This document shows, piece by piece, positions 8,576 through 18,902 of a stretch of DNA of 64,000 bases. Under the pieces are notes generated by a model. The model saw only the letters and a list, made by a program, of their open reading frames with translations. It did no database searches and had not been told where the DNA came from. The position numbers and the translations under genes were made by a program. The stretch is taken from the IMG/VR virus record IMGVR_UViG_3300002895_000002, positions 149,117 to 213,116 of that record; one strand, written 5' to 3'. This DNA is from a virus. Its lineage: Duplodnaviria; Caudoviricetes. Within the stretch, counting starts at the first letter, position 1. Each line of letters opens with the position of its first letter.

Positions 8576-9543
8576 TCCATAATCCCCTCATTATCAGTCA
8601 CTACGACCTTGATGGTGTTGTCTCTGCCATCTGTATGAAGAATGCTCTAAGAAAACTGGGACACGACGCTCCAGTGACTTACCAGAGCTACAAGAAAGAC
8701 GACCAGCTCGTTGATAATCTCATCACTGAGTTTACTGGTCAGAAAAAGACCATCTTCTTCCTTGACTATAGGCTTGGTCTTCCTTACATCAAACAGTTAC
8801 TCACTGAGCCTGAGTTCGTTGTGATTGTTGTTGATCATCACGAGTGGGAAGATCATGAGGTCACAGAGTGTCGTGATCTGGAGAAGACCGGCAGATTCCG
8901 TTTCCGGTGGGATAAGAGCAAATGTGGTGCTGAGCTAACTCAAGAAATGACCCGAGCAATGGGCCAGTATGACCCAGATCTTGATTTCCTGGTCTACTGT
9001 ACTCGGGTTTATGATCTGTGGCTGACTGATGAGCCCGAGTTCAAAGACCATTCCTTGGCCCTAAATGAGATGTTCTGGGAGCTCAAACCAGAAGGGTTTA
9101 TTCATCAGTTCGATTGTGGATACTTTGGTCACCTCTCACCAATCTGTGCTGAGATCTGGCGGAAGTTTGATGATACCCGGGAAGAATACATGGCCAAAGC
9201 AATGGAAGGGTCAATGCAGTATACTTTCCCTACCGAGAAGAAGGTTCTCATCATTGGAACCCCTGAACCAAAATTCACCAACCTCTTTACTATCTACCAC
9301 CCAGAGTTTCATTATTTCTTTGTGGTGAAGAGCTACAATAAAGACAACACCGTGTCTGTCTCTATTCGTATTCGTGAAGGAAACATGACTGTCCAAGACA
9401 TTGTTGATCTGGCCAGGAAACACGTTCCGGAGATGATTGGTGGTGGACACAAGAATGCTGGTGGAGTTACTATTCCTGCTTCCATCGAACCGGGGGATTT
9501 CTTTGAGATGATAATCGACGAGATGGAGCAGGATGGAGCGTAG
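8572..9543 (+). CDS. DHH/DHHA1 family phosphoesterase
   Basis: SHYDLDGVVSA, VVDHH and GGGHKNAGG motifs. Confidence 0.9.
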   Translation: MIHNPLIISHYDLDGVVSAICMKNALRKLGHDAPVTYQSYKKDDQLVDNLITEFTGQKKTIFFLDYRLGLPYIKQLLTEPEFVVIVVDHHEWEDHEVTECRDLEKTGRFRFRWDKSKCGAELTQEMTRAMGQYDPDLDFLVYCTRVYDLWLTDEPEFKDHSLALNEMFWELKPEGFIHQFDCGYFGHLSPICAEIWRKFDDTREEYMAKAMEGSMQYTFPTEKKVLIIGTPEPKFTNLFTIYHPEFHYFFVVKSYNKDNTVSVSIRIREGNMTVQDIVDLARKHVPEMIGGGHKNAGGVTIPASIEPGDFFEMIIDEMEQDGA

Positions 9544-9569
9544 TTATCTTGAAGAAAATCTCAAGATTT

Positions 9570-9636
9570 GATAAATAATAGTACAAAATTAAACAGTTTA
9601 ACAAAATTTGACAAAATAATCAAGACATAATAATAT
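9570..9636 (+). promoter_or_regulatory. Tandem late (GATAAATA, 9570) and early (TTGACA 9608-N17-TAATAT) promoters of gp32
   Basis: Both motifs lie in an AT-rich intergenic region. Confidence 0.65.
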
Positions 9637-9712
9637 ACTTTTATCAACCCGAGACAAAACCTCGGTAAACCCCAGAACCCTGCGAAGAGCAGAGGAGAAA
9701 GAGAGCAAAACA

Positions 9713-10741
9713 ATGGCCGCACCACGTAAGTTCGCATTCGACTTCAACGCAGTAAAGGACCGCATCCAGAAGGACGACGCCAAGAAAGGCTACCAAAAGG
9801 ATGAGCGGTTCTGGACACCCACCAAGGACGCTGAAGGTAACGCGTTCGCTGTAATCCGTTTCCTCCCTGACATGAACGGCAACCCCTTCATCAAGTATTA
9901 CGCTCACTCGTTTGACTATCTGAAGAACGGCGAGAAGAAATACTGGATCAAGAACTGCATTAACACCTTCGGGTATGAGGAAGAATGCCCCATCTGCAAA
10001 AAGAACATGACCCTTTGGGACTCCGCCTTTGAATCCGACAAGAAACTCGCCGGCAAGCAGGGCCGCAAGCTCCACTACGTCTCGAACATCCTGATTGTCA
10101 ACGACACCAACAACCCGGAGAACAACGGTAAGGTCATGTTGTTCCGGTACGGTAGGAAGATCTACGAGAAGATCAAGAAGCTCATGTTCCCTACGGAGCA
10201 GGACCTGGCAGATCCGGATTTCGTATCCTACGTTCCTTTCGACTTGTACGAAGGGGCTGACTTCAAGCTCAAAGTCAAGAAGCAGGGTGACTTCCCGAAC
10301 TACGACGACTCCTCTTTCGCTCAGCGTCAGACCCCGGTAGCAAAGGGTGACGACGACGCCATCGCCGCCATCATGGAGAAGACAGTCGTTCTGGACGAGT
10401 TTCTGGATCGCAAGCTGTATCCGGAGAATGATGAGACCATCAAAGTTCTCGGTGAGTATCTGAATATGGTCGTTCCCGAAGTGGCCGACAAGAACGACGA
10501 GCCGGCTGCTGGTGAGGAACCGGCGTTCGGTTTCCAGGACAATGAGCCTGAGCCTGCCAAGCCGGCTGAGAAGAAGAAAGAGCCGCCTGTCAAGGTCAAG
10601 ATCGATCCGGCTGCTGGGGAAGATGACGACGTCCCGTTTGACGGCGGGAAGAAGATTGAACCCGCTGTTGAATCTGCTCCGGCTGCATCCAACGACGACG
10701 ATCTCGACTCCGACGCTGAGTTCTTCAAGACCCTCCGATAA
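9713..10741 (+). CDS. gp32: Single-stranded DNA-binding protein, T4 gp32 family
   Basis: DERFWTPTKDAEGNAFAVIRFLP, CINT...CPIC zinc site, GADFKLKVK, acidic tail. Confidence 0.95.
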   Translation: MAAPRKFAFDFNAVKDRIQKDDAKKGYQKDERFWTPTKDAEGNAFAVIRFLPDMNGNPFIKYYAHSFDYLKNGEKKYWIKNCINTFGYEEECPICKKNMTLWDSAFESDKKLAGKQGRKLHYVSNILIVNDTNNPENNGKVMLFRYGRKIYEKIKKLMFPTEQDLADPDFVSYVPFDLYEGADFKLKVKKQGDFPNYDDSSFAQRQTPVAKGDDDAIAAIMEKTVVLDEFLDRKLYPENDETIKVLGEYLNMVVPEVADKNDEPAAGEEPAFGFQDNEPEPAKPAEKKKEPPVKVKIDPAAGEDDDVPFDGGKKIEPAVESAPAASNDDDLDSDAEFFKTLR

Positions 10742-10760
10742 CATCAGCTCGGAATAAAAC

Positions 10761-10794
10761 AGAAAAGGGAACTGGGAAACCAGTTCCCTTTTCT
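10761..10794 (+). terminator. Bidirectional intrinsic terminator
   Basis: Perfect 15-bp stem AGAAAAGGGAACTGG / CCAGTTCCCTTTTCT with a GAAA loop. Confidence 0.9.
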
Positions 10795-10797
10795 TGT

Positions 10798-10805
10798 GAT
10801 AAATA
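10798..10805 (+). promoter_or_regulatory. Late promoter GATAAATA at the start of the baseplate module
   Basis: The same octamer recurs before late genes at 15581, 23088, 26149 and 27953 (AATAAATA at 37027). Confidence 0.75.
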
Positions 10806-10822
10806 TCGAAGAGGAATTCGAC

Positions 10823-11215
10823 ATGGCTAATAATGATCTATACTTCTTTGATTTGATGAAGACAGGACGTAGCTATTCTGGGTCTAAGGACGTTGCTATC
10901 ATCGCTAATACCAATGCTGTGATTGAATCCATTCATAATATTCTGTTGACAGAGCCAGGCGACCGGCCAATGAACCCAGAGTTTGGCATTGCTCTGTCTC
11001 GGTACCTGTTCGAGCCGATCGTTGATTATGTTGCGAAGTTTATGGCAGATGACATTACCAAAGCTCTAACAAGGTTTGAGCCAAGAATCAAAGACATCAA
11101 CGTAACAGTGGATGCTCTACCCGACTTAAATACGTTCGACATCACCGTTTCGTTCTCAATCGCATACTCAGCAGAAACACTTACTGCTGAGGTCCGCCTC
11201 AATAAAATCAGGTAA
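10823..11215 (+). CDS. gp25: Baseplate wedge subunit, gp25-like
   Basis: SIHNILLTEPGDRPMNPEFG...LFEP...ITKALTRFEPRI. Confidence 0.9.
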   Translation: MANNDLYFFDLMKTGRSYSGSKDVAIIANTNAVIESIHNILLTEPGDRPMNPEFGIALSRYLFEPIVDYVAKFMADDITKALTRFEPRIKDINVTVDALPDLNTFDITVSFSIAYSAETLTAEVRLNKIR

Positions 11216-11227
11216 GATAGGTGAAAC

Positions 11228-14200
11228 ATGATTTTCGCTCTTAACTCTCTCCGCTATGAAGATGTTCGTCAACAGGTTGTAGACTTCCTGAAAGATCGGG
11301 GTGAATACAACGCAGAGTTTGACTATGAAGGGTCGAACTTGGCGTATGTTATTGACACCATGGCCTACGTGACCATGCTGATGTCGTACATGCTGAGCCA
11401 GGATGCAAACAACCGCTTCCTTGATACAACTGAGATCAGAAAGAATGCGGTGTCCATTGCAAAGACCCTTGGATACCGGCCGCTCAGAAAGAAGGTTGCA
11501 CGGTTCATCGGCACCTTTGTGTACCAAGGGAATGGGTTTGATTCCACTTCCCAAGTCACGATCGCACCAAAGAGCATTTTCAAGGCTGGATCAAATCAGT
11601 ACGTCAACCTCGATCCTGTTGTTTGTTCATACTCTTCTGCCACCGAGTTGAAAGGCGACTTCGCTCTGCTCCAAGGTGAGTTCAGAGAGATAAGGGTTTT
11701 TGGTAATGGTGAAGCTCTTCAGTCAATCGTTGTTCCTTCCCTCAACGTTGCTGAAGACTATCTCAAGGTCTACATCAAGAACACAGTTGACGGCGATGAT
11801 ACAAAGGTAGAGTGGACCTACGCCAAGACCTTCTTTGACAGTACCCAGGAAAACATCTTCTTCGTTGAGGAAGACAGGGTCAACGAAGGCATGCCGAAGA
11901 TTGTTTTCGGTAACGGTATCGTTGGCAGGATCCCGTCCCAGACAGAGACCATCATTATCGAGTGGCTCGAAACCAAAGGTGCTTCTGCCAACGGGGACAA
12001 GACCTTCGTACTGCCGATTGAAGACGTCCCTGGGTCCATCTACACCGCAGTCAACGCAGGCATCTTTAGCAAGAATAATTTCCGGACCCCGTATATCCCA
12101 CCGTCTTCCTCTTCATATGGTGGAACGGACCTCGAGACCCTGGAAAGTATCAAATCAAACGCTCCGATGTACTACGCAGCGGCCGGCCGAGGTGTTACAG
12201 CGAACGATTACAGGACCCTTGGCAAGGAATTCACAACCATCGAGCATTTCAACGTTATCGGTGGTGATGAGCTCTTCCCGGGTGATATTACTAAACTCGG
12301 AAATACCTACTTCACTGGCATTCCGAAGTTGACCGATCCGTTCCTGAATAATGATCGGCTTTACTTGACTGAGATGGAGGAGCTTGAGGTTCTGGCTAGA
12401 GCCAAGGACGTTGGTATCATAGCAACCCAGAAATTCTTTACCAAGCCGAGCTATGTTTTCCTTGATGTGACACCGTATGTTGAACTCAAGCAAAACATCT
12501 CTGCGAATGACAGCATTGTGATCAAGTCCAACGTTGTTGACAACCTGAACAGCCATTTTAGCACTCGGTATGCTGCTCCTGGTGTTCCATTCCGTGAGTC
12601 CAAGCTCAATGCAGCCATAGACAATACGGAAGGGGTCATTTCGTCATACAGCACGATCAGCTACTCCATGGTGCTCAATTACGACTCGTTCTACCTGACC
12701 AAGGAGAACAGACTCTACTTCCCGGTTATTGCTGTTCGTGAGCCGTCCGGGCGGATTGTTCCTGGTGAGTTCACAAACTTCGTGAAGATGAACTCCCAGA
12801 TCGTTGAAGAGTCAAATGGCCAGTACACGATCTTTGATCTTCCTCCGGCTCAGTGTTCTGTGTACGGACCGATTGAAGAGATTGATGGTACTCCATATCA
12901 AAAGGTTCGTTATCTCTACAATAACGATGCGGTTGAAACAGAAATCTTCCAGGTTCGGGAGCTGTCAAACAACACGTTGTCTATCGTTCCTAAGCAGTTC
13001 CGGAGCCAGACTGGCGACTATGTTATGCCGATGATGACTCCAGGTGGGTCTGGGTGGAATATATCTTTTGATAATGATCCAAACAACTTTGTTGCAACCA
13101 TCGACTTCACTGTTAATCCGCCACTCATTCAGGAGCTAACCATTGACGGTCATGTTCAGGTTCTGGATGACTTTGGTGTCATCACTGTTGATGGTAACTA
13201 CCTTGCAGTCACTCAGGTTGCGAGTGGTTCTTCATACTACTGGTCCATCCACTTTGTGATCGCCAGTGATATTACCAACATCAAGGTAAGCTCTGAGATA
13301 CCAGCATTTACCTTTACCAATTCGAGCACGGTTACTGGACAATATATCCCAGCTGATAAGGTTGCAAACAACACAGATCCAATCAACGACCAACAAGCAG
13401 CCATCTACATTAACACCGGGTCTGCGTTCATGTGGGATGTTGATGCAACCAATGATAGCACCCTGCCAGATCCAGTTGCTAACGCGAGCAAGATCTGTAG
13501 GGTTGTGGTCCCAGGTAACTTCCCGAACAGCTTGATTGCGGATACCACAATCGACTATCGCAAAGGGGATTGGCTCTACGTTAATGCTGGAAAGTGGACT
13601 AAGGCCAAATTCCAAGGAACCCTCGACGCTTCTGTGGACCCGCTCCCGCTCCATGTTGAGCACGGAGATGTTGCGAACGACAGTGGGTCGTATGTCGTAT
13701 ATGATACCTCTGATCCGTCAAGCCCATGGAAGCCGGTTGTTCTCAATGCAACCCAGCTCTCAGGTCTGTACGATTTCCCGAAACAGAGGGAAGATTGGAC
13801 CTATCAGCTCTGCATCACGGAAGAAGAGGTTGGGCAAACCGCACAGAGCGTTGCTGACATAACTGGTCTGACTCTTACGGTAGGGGATGTGATCTACTTT
13901 GAGCCGGCCCCGACTAGCGCATGGGTCAAAGCAGATGCCAACCCCACATATACCATCGACCCGAACAGTGTTGGTCTGCTTCCTAACCCAGCACTGGTAA
14001 CGGGTAAGGTCTACACCTGCACCGACCGTGGAGCGTTCACCGCATACAACGCAGCATGGTTCAAGGACGGCGTGAGACCGACCGTTGACTTGGACGATAA
14101 GATCATCTCTCTGGATGGTGTTTGGGTCTGGCTGGATCCGGCAGATATGAGCTACAACCTGGATGCACGGTATGCTCAAAACCTACCGATCCCGTATACG

Positions 14201-14848
14201 TTCGGATCGCTGTTTGATGTATCAGAAACCGGCGACTTCAACGGGTATTTCTCTGAGGATATCCAAGACACAGACCAGCTCATCTTCACAGGTGTATGGG
14301 AAGTTTTTGCTGAGACTTTTCCATCAATCCCAACCATTCCGAACGGGCAGATCTACCAGATAGTGAAGACAGGCGATCTTGGAACAGCAACCACCTACTA
14401 TGCTGGGGACCATATCGTATCATACAACGCATCGTGGGTCAAGGTCGAACCGTTCAGCGTTGTTATTACCAACACCGGTTTGGTGGACATTAACAGCGAC
14501 CCGGTTCTTGACTGGTCGATGGCAGCAGACAAGACCTTTACCTATACTGTAAAGATTAAGGATATCTTTGATGGTGCTGTTGTTGGTCAACTCAACTATC
14601 TGACCGGTGAGTGTCTGTTCAACCAAACGATCACGGGTCATACCTCAATGAACACGACAGTGACAACACAAACCAACGATCTGTTCTCTCTGTTCAATAC
14701 AAACACCAGCGACTATAAGATGGCTCTGTTCCGTCTCATCCCAGTTGACAAAAACAACGGAGACCCAGAGACTGATTTTGATACTGGGTACAACCAGGTT
14801 GTGAAGGCAAGAGTGAACCCAACAAGAAACAAGAGTGAGCTACAATGA
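11228..14848 (+). CDS. gp6: Baseplate wedge subunit, gp6-like, with a long C-terminal extension
   Basis: YDYEGS-type N-terminus (FDYEGSNL), AKTLGYRP, FGNGIVGRIP, ETLESIKSNAP, RGVTANDY. Confidence 0.9.
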   Translation: MIFALNSLRYEDVRQQVVDFLKDRGEYNAEFDYEGSNLAYVIDTMAYVTMLMSYMLSQDANNRFLDTTEIRKNAVSIAKTLGYRPLRKKVARFIGTFVYQGNGFDSTSQVTIAPKSIFKAGSNQYVNLDPVVCSYSSATELKGDFALLQGEFREIRVFGNGEALQSIVVPSLNVAEDYLKVYIKNTVDGDDTKVEWTYAKTFFDSTQENIFFVEEDRVNEGMPKIVFGNGIVGRIPSQTETIIIEWLETKGASANGDKTFVLPIEDVPGSIYTAVNAGIFSKNNFRTPYIPPSSSSYGGTDLETLESIKSNAPMYYAAAGRGVTANDYRTLGKEFTTIEHFNVIGGDELFPGDITKLGNTYFTGIPKLTDPFLNNDRLYLTEMEELEVLARAKDVGIIATQKFFTKPSYVFLDVTPYVELKQNISANDSIVIKSNVVDNLNSHFSTRYAAPGVPFRESKLNAAIDNTEGVISSYSTISYSMVLNYDSFYLTKENRLYFPVIAVREPSGRIVPGEFTNFVKMNSQIVEESNGQYTIFDLPPAQCSVYGPIEEIDGTPYQKVRYLYNNDAVETEIFQVRELSNNTLSIVPKQFRSQTGDYVMPMMTPGGSGWNISFDNDPNNFVATIDFTVNPPLIQELTIDGHVQVLDDFGVITVDGNYLAVTQVASGSSYYWSIHFVIASDITNIKVSSEIPAFTFTNSSTVTGQYIPADKVANNTDPINDQQAAIYINTGSAFMWDVDATNDSTLPDPVANASKICRVVVPGNFPNSLIADTTIDYRKGDWLYVNAGKWTKAKFQGTLDASVDPLPLHVEHGDVANDSGSYVVYDTSDPSSPWKPVVLNATQLSGLYDFPKQREDWTYQLCITEEEVGQTAQSVADITGLTLTVGDVIYFEPAPTSAWVKADANPTYTIDPNSVGLLPNPALVTGKVYTCTDRGAFTAYNAAWFKDGVRPTVDLDDKIISLDGVWVWLDPADMSYNLDARYAQNLPIPYTFGSLFDVSETGDFNGYFSEDIQDTDQLIFTGVWEVFAETFPSIPTIPNGQIYQIVKTGDLGTATTYYAGDHIVSYNASWVKVEPFSVVITNTGLVDINSDPVLDWSMAADKTFTYTVKIKDIFDGAVVGQLNYLTGECLFNQTITGHTSMNTTVTTQTNDLFSLFNTNTSDYKMALFRLIPVDKNNGDPETDFDTGYNQVVKARVNPTRNKSELQ

Positions 14849-15579
14849 TCTTTGATGCAATAAAAAATCAAAAATGCCTGGTCACTGTATCTGGAGCCCA
14901 ATCGGATACAGTGGCTTCTCTTATTGATCCATCATGGACCGAACGTCCGGTAGTTGACCTCATTCTTAATGACGGTGGGTGGATCACATTCAACTTCATC
15001 AATCCTGTTGACTTTCAGAATGCGACGATTCAATATACTGGAGCACCCAATCAGATCATTCTGCAAGGGTCTTTTGATGGGTTTGCGTGGTACGAGTTAG
15101 GTATCCGTCAGGGTCAGTGGTACACTTTTGATGATGACAACGGACCTATTCATGATGGAAATACTGCCTATCCTATGTTCCGTCTTTCTGTTGACACCCC
15201 AGCAGCGGTAAGAATCACCGAGCTGACCTTGAATGGGAACCACGAGCTATCTGATGTTGTTGAACGATTCGTTACTCCTTCAACAGCGACGTTGTGGCCC
15301 CAGAAATATTTTGAGACCTACCCATTCTTTCCGTCAACTCTGAAGACCTTCGTTAAGATGCTCGAAGGGGATGTCTCACAACTGACATGGCCTTATGGGA
15401 CACCAAGTATCCAGAGCAATACATTCGTTTGTGATGGACTTACAGGCCCGGGTATATCATACACTTGGGAATCTGCTTCTCAAGTATACTCATCAAACGA
15501 CCCAACTTCCCTGATTCCAGACCCAATCAGATGCGTGGTCCGTGATAAAGCAGGTCGAATCTTCGAGGCTGTTGTCTAG
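14845..15579 (+). CDS. Putative virion structural protein
   Basis: Coupled ORF in the baseplate cluster; beta-rich. Confidence 0.55.
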   Translation: MIFDAIKNQKCLVTVSGAQSDTVASLIDPSWTERPVVDLILNDGGWITFNFINPVDFQNATIQYTGAPNQIILQGSFDGFAWYELGIRQGQWYTFDDDNGPIHDGNTAYPMFRLSVDTPAAVRITELTLNGNHELSDVVERFVTPSTATLWPQKYFETYPFFPSTLKTFVKMLEGDVSQLTWPYGTPSIQSNTFVCDGLTGPGISYTWESASQVYSSNDPTSLIPDPIRCVVRDKAGRIFEAVV

Positions 15580-15593
15580 GGATAAATATCGAC

Positions 15594-18500
15594 ATGAGCG
15601 ACGAAAAGATACCAGCATTCCGTGAATTTTGCAACGATATCTACAGCAAGATTATCGAGTCGTCTGACCTTCTGGATGCGGACGAGATCTTTCTAAATGG
15701 TGATCGATTCAACTATTCGATCCGGCCAACAGATTACGATCCTGCAACAAACACTTATGCAACCAGAACGTATGTCCCACAAGACGATCCGTATGCTGTT
15801 CATCGGTATGTGATTGACTTTGACATATCATCCATTCTTCAGGAAGAATTAATCAAACAATTCCTGCCTGAATATACAGAATATTTCTACGACATTAACC
15901 GGTATAGCACAGTCACCGCAACAGAGCTCAACCAGCTCAAAGACTTGCTTGTCAAGCGTTCATCCTTTACCAATCAGTTCAAAGGGACCAAGACGGCCAT
16001 TGAGTTTGTCCTGTCCATCTTTGCGAACGCGATGGGTAATTATCTCATCTCAGCTGACCCAGATCCTTACCACAACTTCATCTACCGGGTCAGTACAGAT
16101 CTAGATCGTAGCCTTTGGTTGAAGGATGTCAAGCCAGTCATTCATCCAAACGGATGGGGTGACAAGTATATCCTCATCGTCCCTGACCATCCTGATTATG
16201 TTCAGCTTAGAGGTGAGGCAGAGATTGCAGCAGACATTACATCAAAGCCGCCTTGCTATGCATATCTCGATGCTGCTACTGATTGGAAACGTCTCATCCA
16301 GCCTGACGGTCTGGCGAAGGTTGATGACTACCACACCCACTACCGCTTCCCGTTCACGATCGGTTGGTATCATGAGACTCTGAATTACATCGACAGCGTT
16401 CGGGTCGAGCTTATGCGGCCTGGCTCGTTCAACGTTGAGATCGACCGGACAGGTCTTGGAACAACATTCAACCTTGAATACCAGAATGGTGGTGTTGCTC
16501 TCGAGTATATCTGGGACGTCTACAGCCATGGAGTCCTGGTAAAAACTGATCACACCTTTGGCCCAAGCTGGTCGTTCTCTGTTAGTGATGATACACCATA
16601 CTCAGTTGAGCTGACCCTGGTCCGTGGATCATGGAGAATGACAGTCGGTCCGGTGATCCTTGGAGCTCTCGGCAAATCTGGAATGAGCACACCCAGACCA
16701 GCTGCGGATTCCTTTGCAACCCTGCAAGTAGAGGAGACCAGAAACACCCCGTTCGAGATGGTGAGCGTTGATAATGGTGATGATCACCACCGGCTCCCGT
16801 TCAAGGATGCGATGTATGAAGGAACAGTGAGCTCAGATTGGATGAACGAGCTTATGAACGTTTATTACGATCTGGACTTGGCTGAAGAAACTACTTGGAA
16901 AATCAACCGAGTTTATTTTGAAGGGCCGGAGTTGGCTGATCGGTATGAGTGGACTGTGAGTAAAAATAACAGTTTGCTGATGGTAAAAGATACTACCGGA
17001 CCAGAACTCATAATCAATACGCTTGAAAATGAAACTAATCCTGCTTGGACTGGATATACTAGCGGATGGGAAGTTCATCTTACTATCTGGTATGGCAATC
17101 AATCCAAGCATGTTGGATTTGTGACATTCGGAATCCTGCCGGATATTGTTCCCCCGGCGTCCTTCATTTTCAGCGGTAAACCAACAGCCCTCACCAACAG
17201 CACCACCGCAACGTTCACTCCTGGAGAAAACGATGACACCTTCGAGTACAAGTGGAAACTGGATAATGGAGTGTGGTCTGCTCCGATAGAGCGAGTTGGT
17301 GGTGTTTTCCCGGTGCTTACTTTTGCTGGGTTAAGTGAGGGATCACATACACTCTACTATCAGGCATCAGATGAGGCTGGTAACTGGAGCGAAACCTGGT
17401 CATACACTTGGACAATAGACATCACCGCTCCTGTGGTTACACTAGTCACTGACTTTGGTGATTATGCCAACCACACCACCGCAACGATAGATGTGAACGG
17501 TGCAGTGGATGCGGTAGATTATGACTACCGTGTGGATGGTGGAGCATGGTCGGCACGTAGATCGTTCGCTCTTGACATCGTCATCAACAGCATCACGGAA
17601 GGCTCTCATACGGTCGATGTCAGGGGCTACGATGCTGCGGGTAACACCGCTACGGTATCGAAAACATGGACCGTTGACAGAACCGCTCCGGTCGTTGACG
17701 TGACATCTGGATTCCCTGCGGTTTCGCCGACCAACCAACAGGACTACACTTTCACTGTTGGTGGCGGTGGAGCTACTCAGTATCAATACAAGTTCGACTC
17801 TGACCCGTGGTCTGGATGGATTGATGTTGCTACGCCGATCGTTCTTACCAACCTCTACGATGGTACCCATACACTTCTGTTGAAGGGCAAGGATGCTGCA
17901 GGGAACGAACAGGGTACTGCTACTACCAGAACATGGGTGATGGAATCAAGCCGGTTGGAATCGGACAGAGTAATTACTAACACGTCTAACAATTCTGAGA
18001 TGCTAATATCGGGTGACTTTTTCGTTCAAGCACTGCAAAATGGCGCCGGAATAATGTTCACTGATAAAAACGATGTAACCGCTCCAGTCCAATATAAAGG
18101 ACTTACTCCATCTCTTTACTTCAACATGACCAACGGTTATCGTTATGATGCGGATGGTAATCATCTTTATGTTCTTGGATATGGGCAAAACTATTTTGCA
18201 ACGATAAAAGAACTGCATCTGCATAAGTTGGATGGAAGCAACCTGAACACTGTTCTTTCTACTCTTACGTTACCATACCCAGCGACCGGGACGGGCTTAG
18301 CAGTGTCATCATTGAACGCAGTGTTCATAAATGGAAACTTCATTTACGTGTTCGCTACGTCGGATACGGTTTATAAGATAAACAAGACAACGTTCACTAT
18401 AGATTCAACTATTACTTTAGCTTCCCCGATAAATCAAACACATCTCTATGCATGTAATGTTGGAAACATAATGTATACCGTACGTCAAGGAGCTCAACAG

Positions 18501-18890
18501 CAAATAAACCGTTGGGACTTGGATACTGGTGCATTTCTCGGAACTACCGGATCATATGGCCGTAACATAAGTCATATGACATACGATGCTGCAAATGGAA
18601 AAATAGTAACCAACACATCAATCATAGACCCATCAACGATGGTTGGTGTTTACATTGTTCCGAATGTTCGTTATGTCGTTCTTGTTCCTACATATTATTT
18701 TGCGGTTACGTCTGAAGCTTTTACCACGCCGTTGTTTATTGAGAAACGACTTCAGACTGGACCACAAACATTAGTCCAAACCATCACCATAAATACACAA
18801 AATGCTATAAGCTCGGGTGTATATGATCCGAGCACCAATAGGTTCTGGACTATCAACCAAACTCAGCATCTTCTGGTAATCAATTCGTAA
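15594..18890 (+). CDS. gp7-like baseplate wedge protein with Ig-like repeats and a beta-propeller-like C-terminus
   Basis: FKGTKTAIEFVL...VIHPNGW motif; three repeats ending DxAGN...W..D.TAP; late promoter at 15581. Confidence 0.65.
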   Translation: MSDEKIPAFREFCNDIYSKIIESSDLLDADEIFLNGDRFNYSIRPTDYDPATNTYATRTYVPQDDPYAVHRYVIDFDISSILQEELIKQFLPEYTEYFYDINRYSTVTATELNQLKDLLVKRSSFTNQFKGTKTAIEFVLSIFANAMGNYLISADPDPYHNFIYRVSTDLDRSLWLKDVKPVIHPNGWGDKYILIVPDHPDYVQLRGEAEIAADITSKPPCYAYLDAATDWKRLIQPDGLAKVDDYHTHYRFPFTIGWYHETLNYIDSVRVELMRPGSFNVEIDRTGLGTTFNLEYQNGGVALEYIWDVYSHGVLVKTDHTFGPSWSFSVSDDTPYSVELTLVRGSWRMTVGPVILGALGKSGMSTPRPAADSFATLQVEETRNTPFEMVSVDNGDDHHRLPFKDAMYEGTVSSDWMNELMNVYYDLDLAEETTWKINRVYFEGPELADRYEWTVSKNNSLLMVKDTTGPELIINTLENETNPAWTGYTSGWEVHLTIWYGNQSKHVGFVTFGILPDIVPPASFIFSGKPTALTNSTTATFTPGENDDTFEYKWKLDNGVWSAPIERVGGVFPVLTFAGLSEGSHTLYYQASDEAGNWSETWSYTWTIDITAPVVTLVTDFGDYANHTTATIDVNGAVDAVDYDYRVDGGAWSARRSFALDIVINSITEGSHTVDVRGYDAAGNTATVSKTWTVDRTAPVVDVTSGFPAVSPTNQQDYTFTVGGGGATQYQYKFDSDPWSGWIDVATPIVLTNLYDGTHTLLLKGKDAAGNEQGTATTRTWVMESSRLESDRVITNTSNNSEMLISGDFFVQALQNGAGIMFTDKNDVTAPVQYKGLTPSLYFNMTNGYRYDADGNHLYVLGYGQNYFATIKELHLHKLDGSNLNTVLSTLTLPYPATGTGLAVSSLNAVFINGNFIYVFATSDTVYKINKTTFTIDSTITLASPINQTHLYACNVGNIMYTVRQGAQQQINRWDLDTGAFLGTTGSYGRNISHMTYDAANGKIVTNTSIIDPSTMVGVYIVPNVRYVVLVPTYYFAVTSEAFTTPLFIEKRLQTGPQTLVQTITINTQNAISSGVYDPSTNRFWTINQTQHLLVINS

Positions 18891-18902
18891 CGGAGCAATC
18901 AC

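Noticed and set aside
9644-10744. Long minus-strand ORFs (also 388..948, 42368..43258, 53789..54571, 55374..56102, 5543..6172)
   Set aside because: These are antisense shadows of well-supported plus-strand genes with biased codon usage; they have no motifs or RBS.
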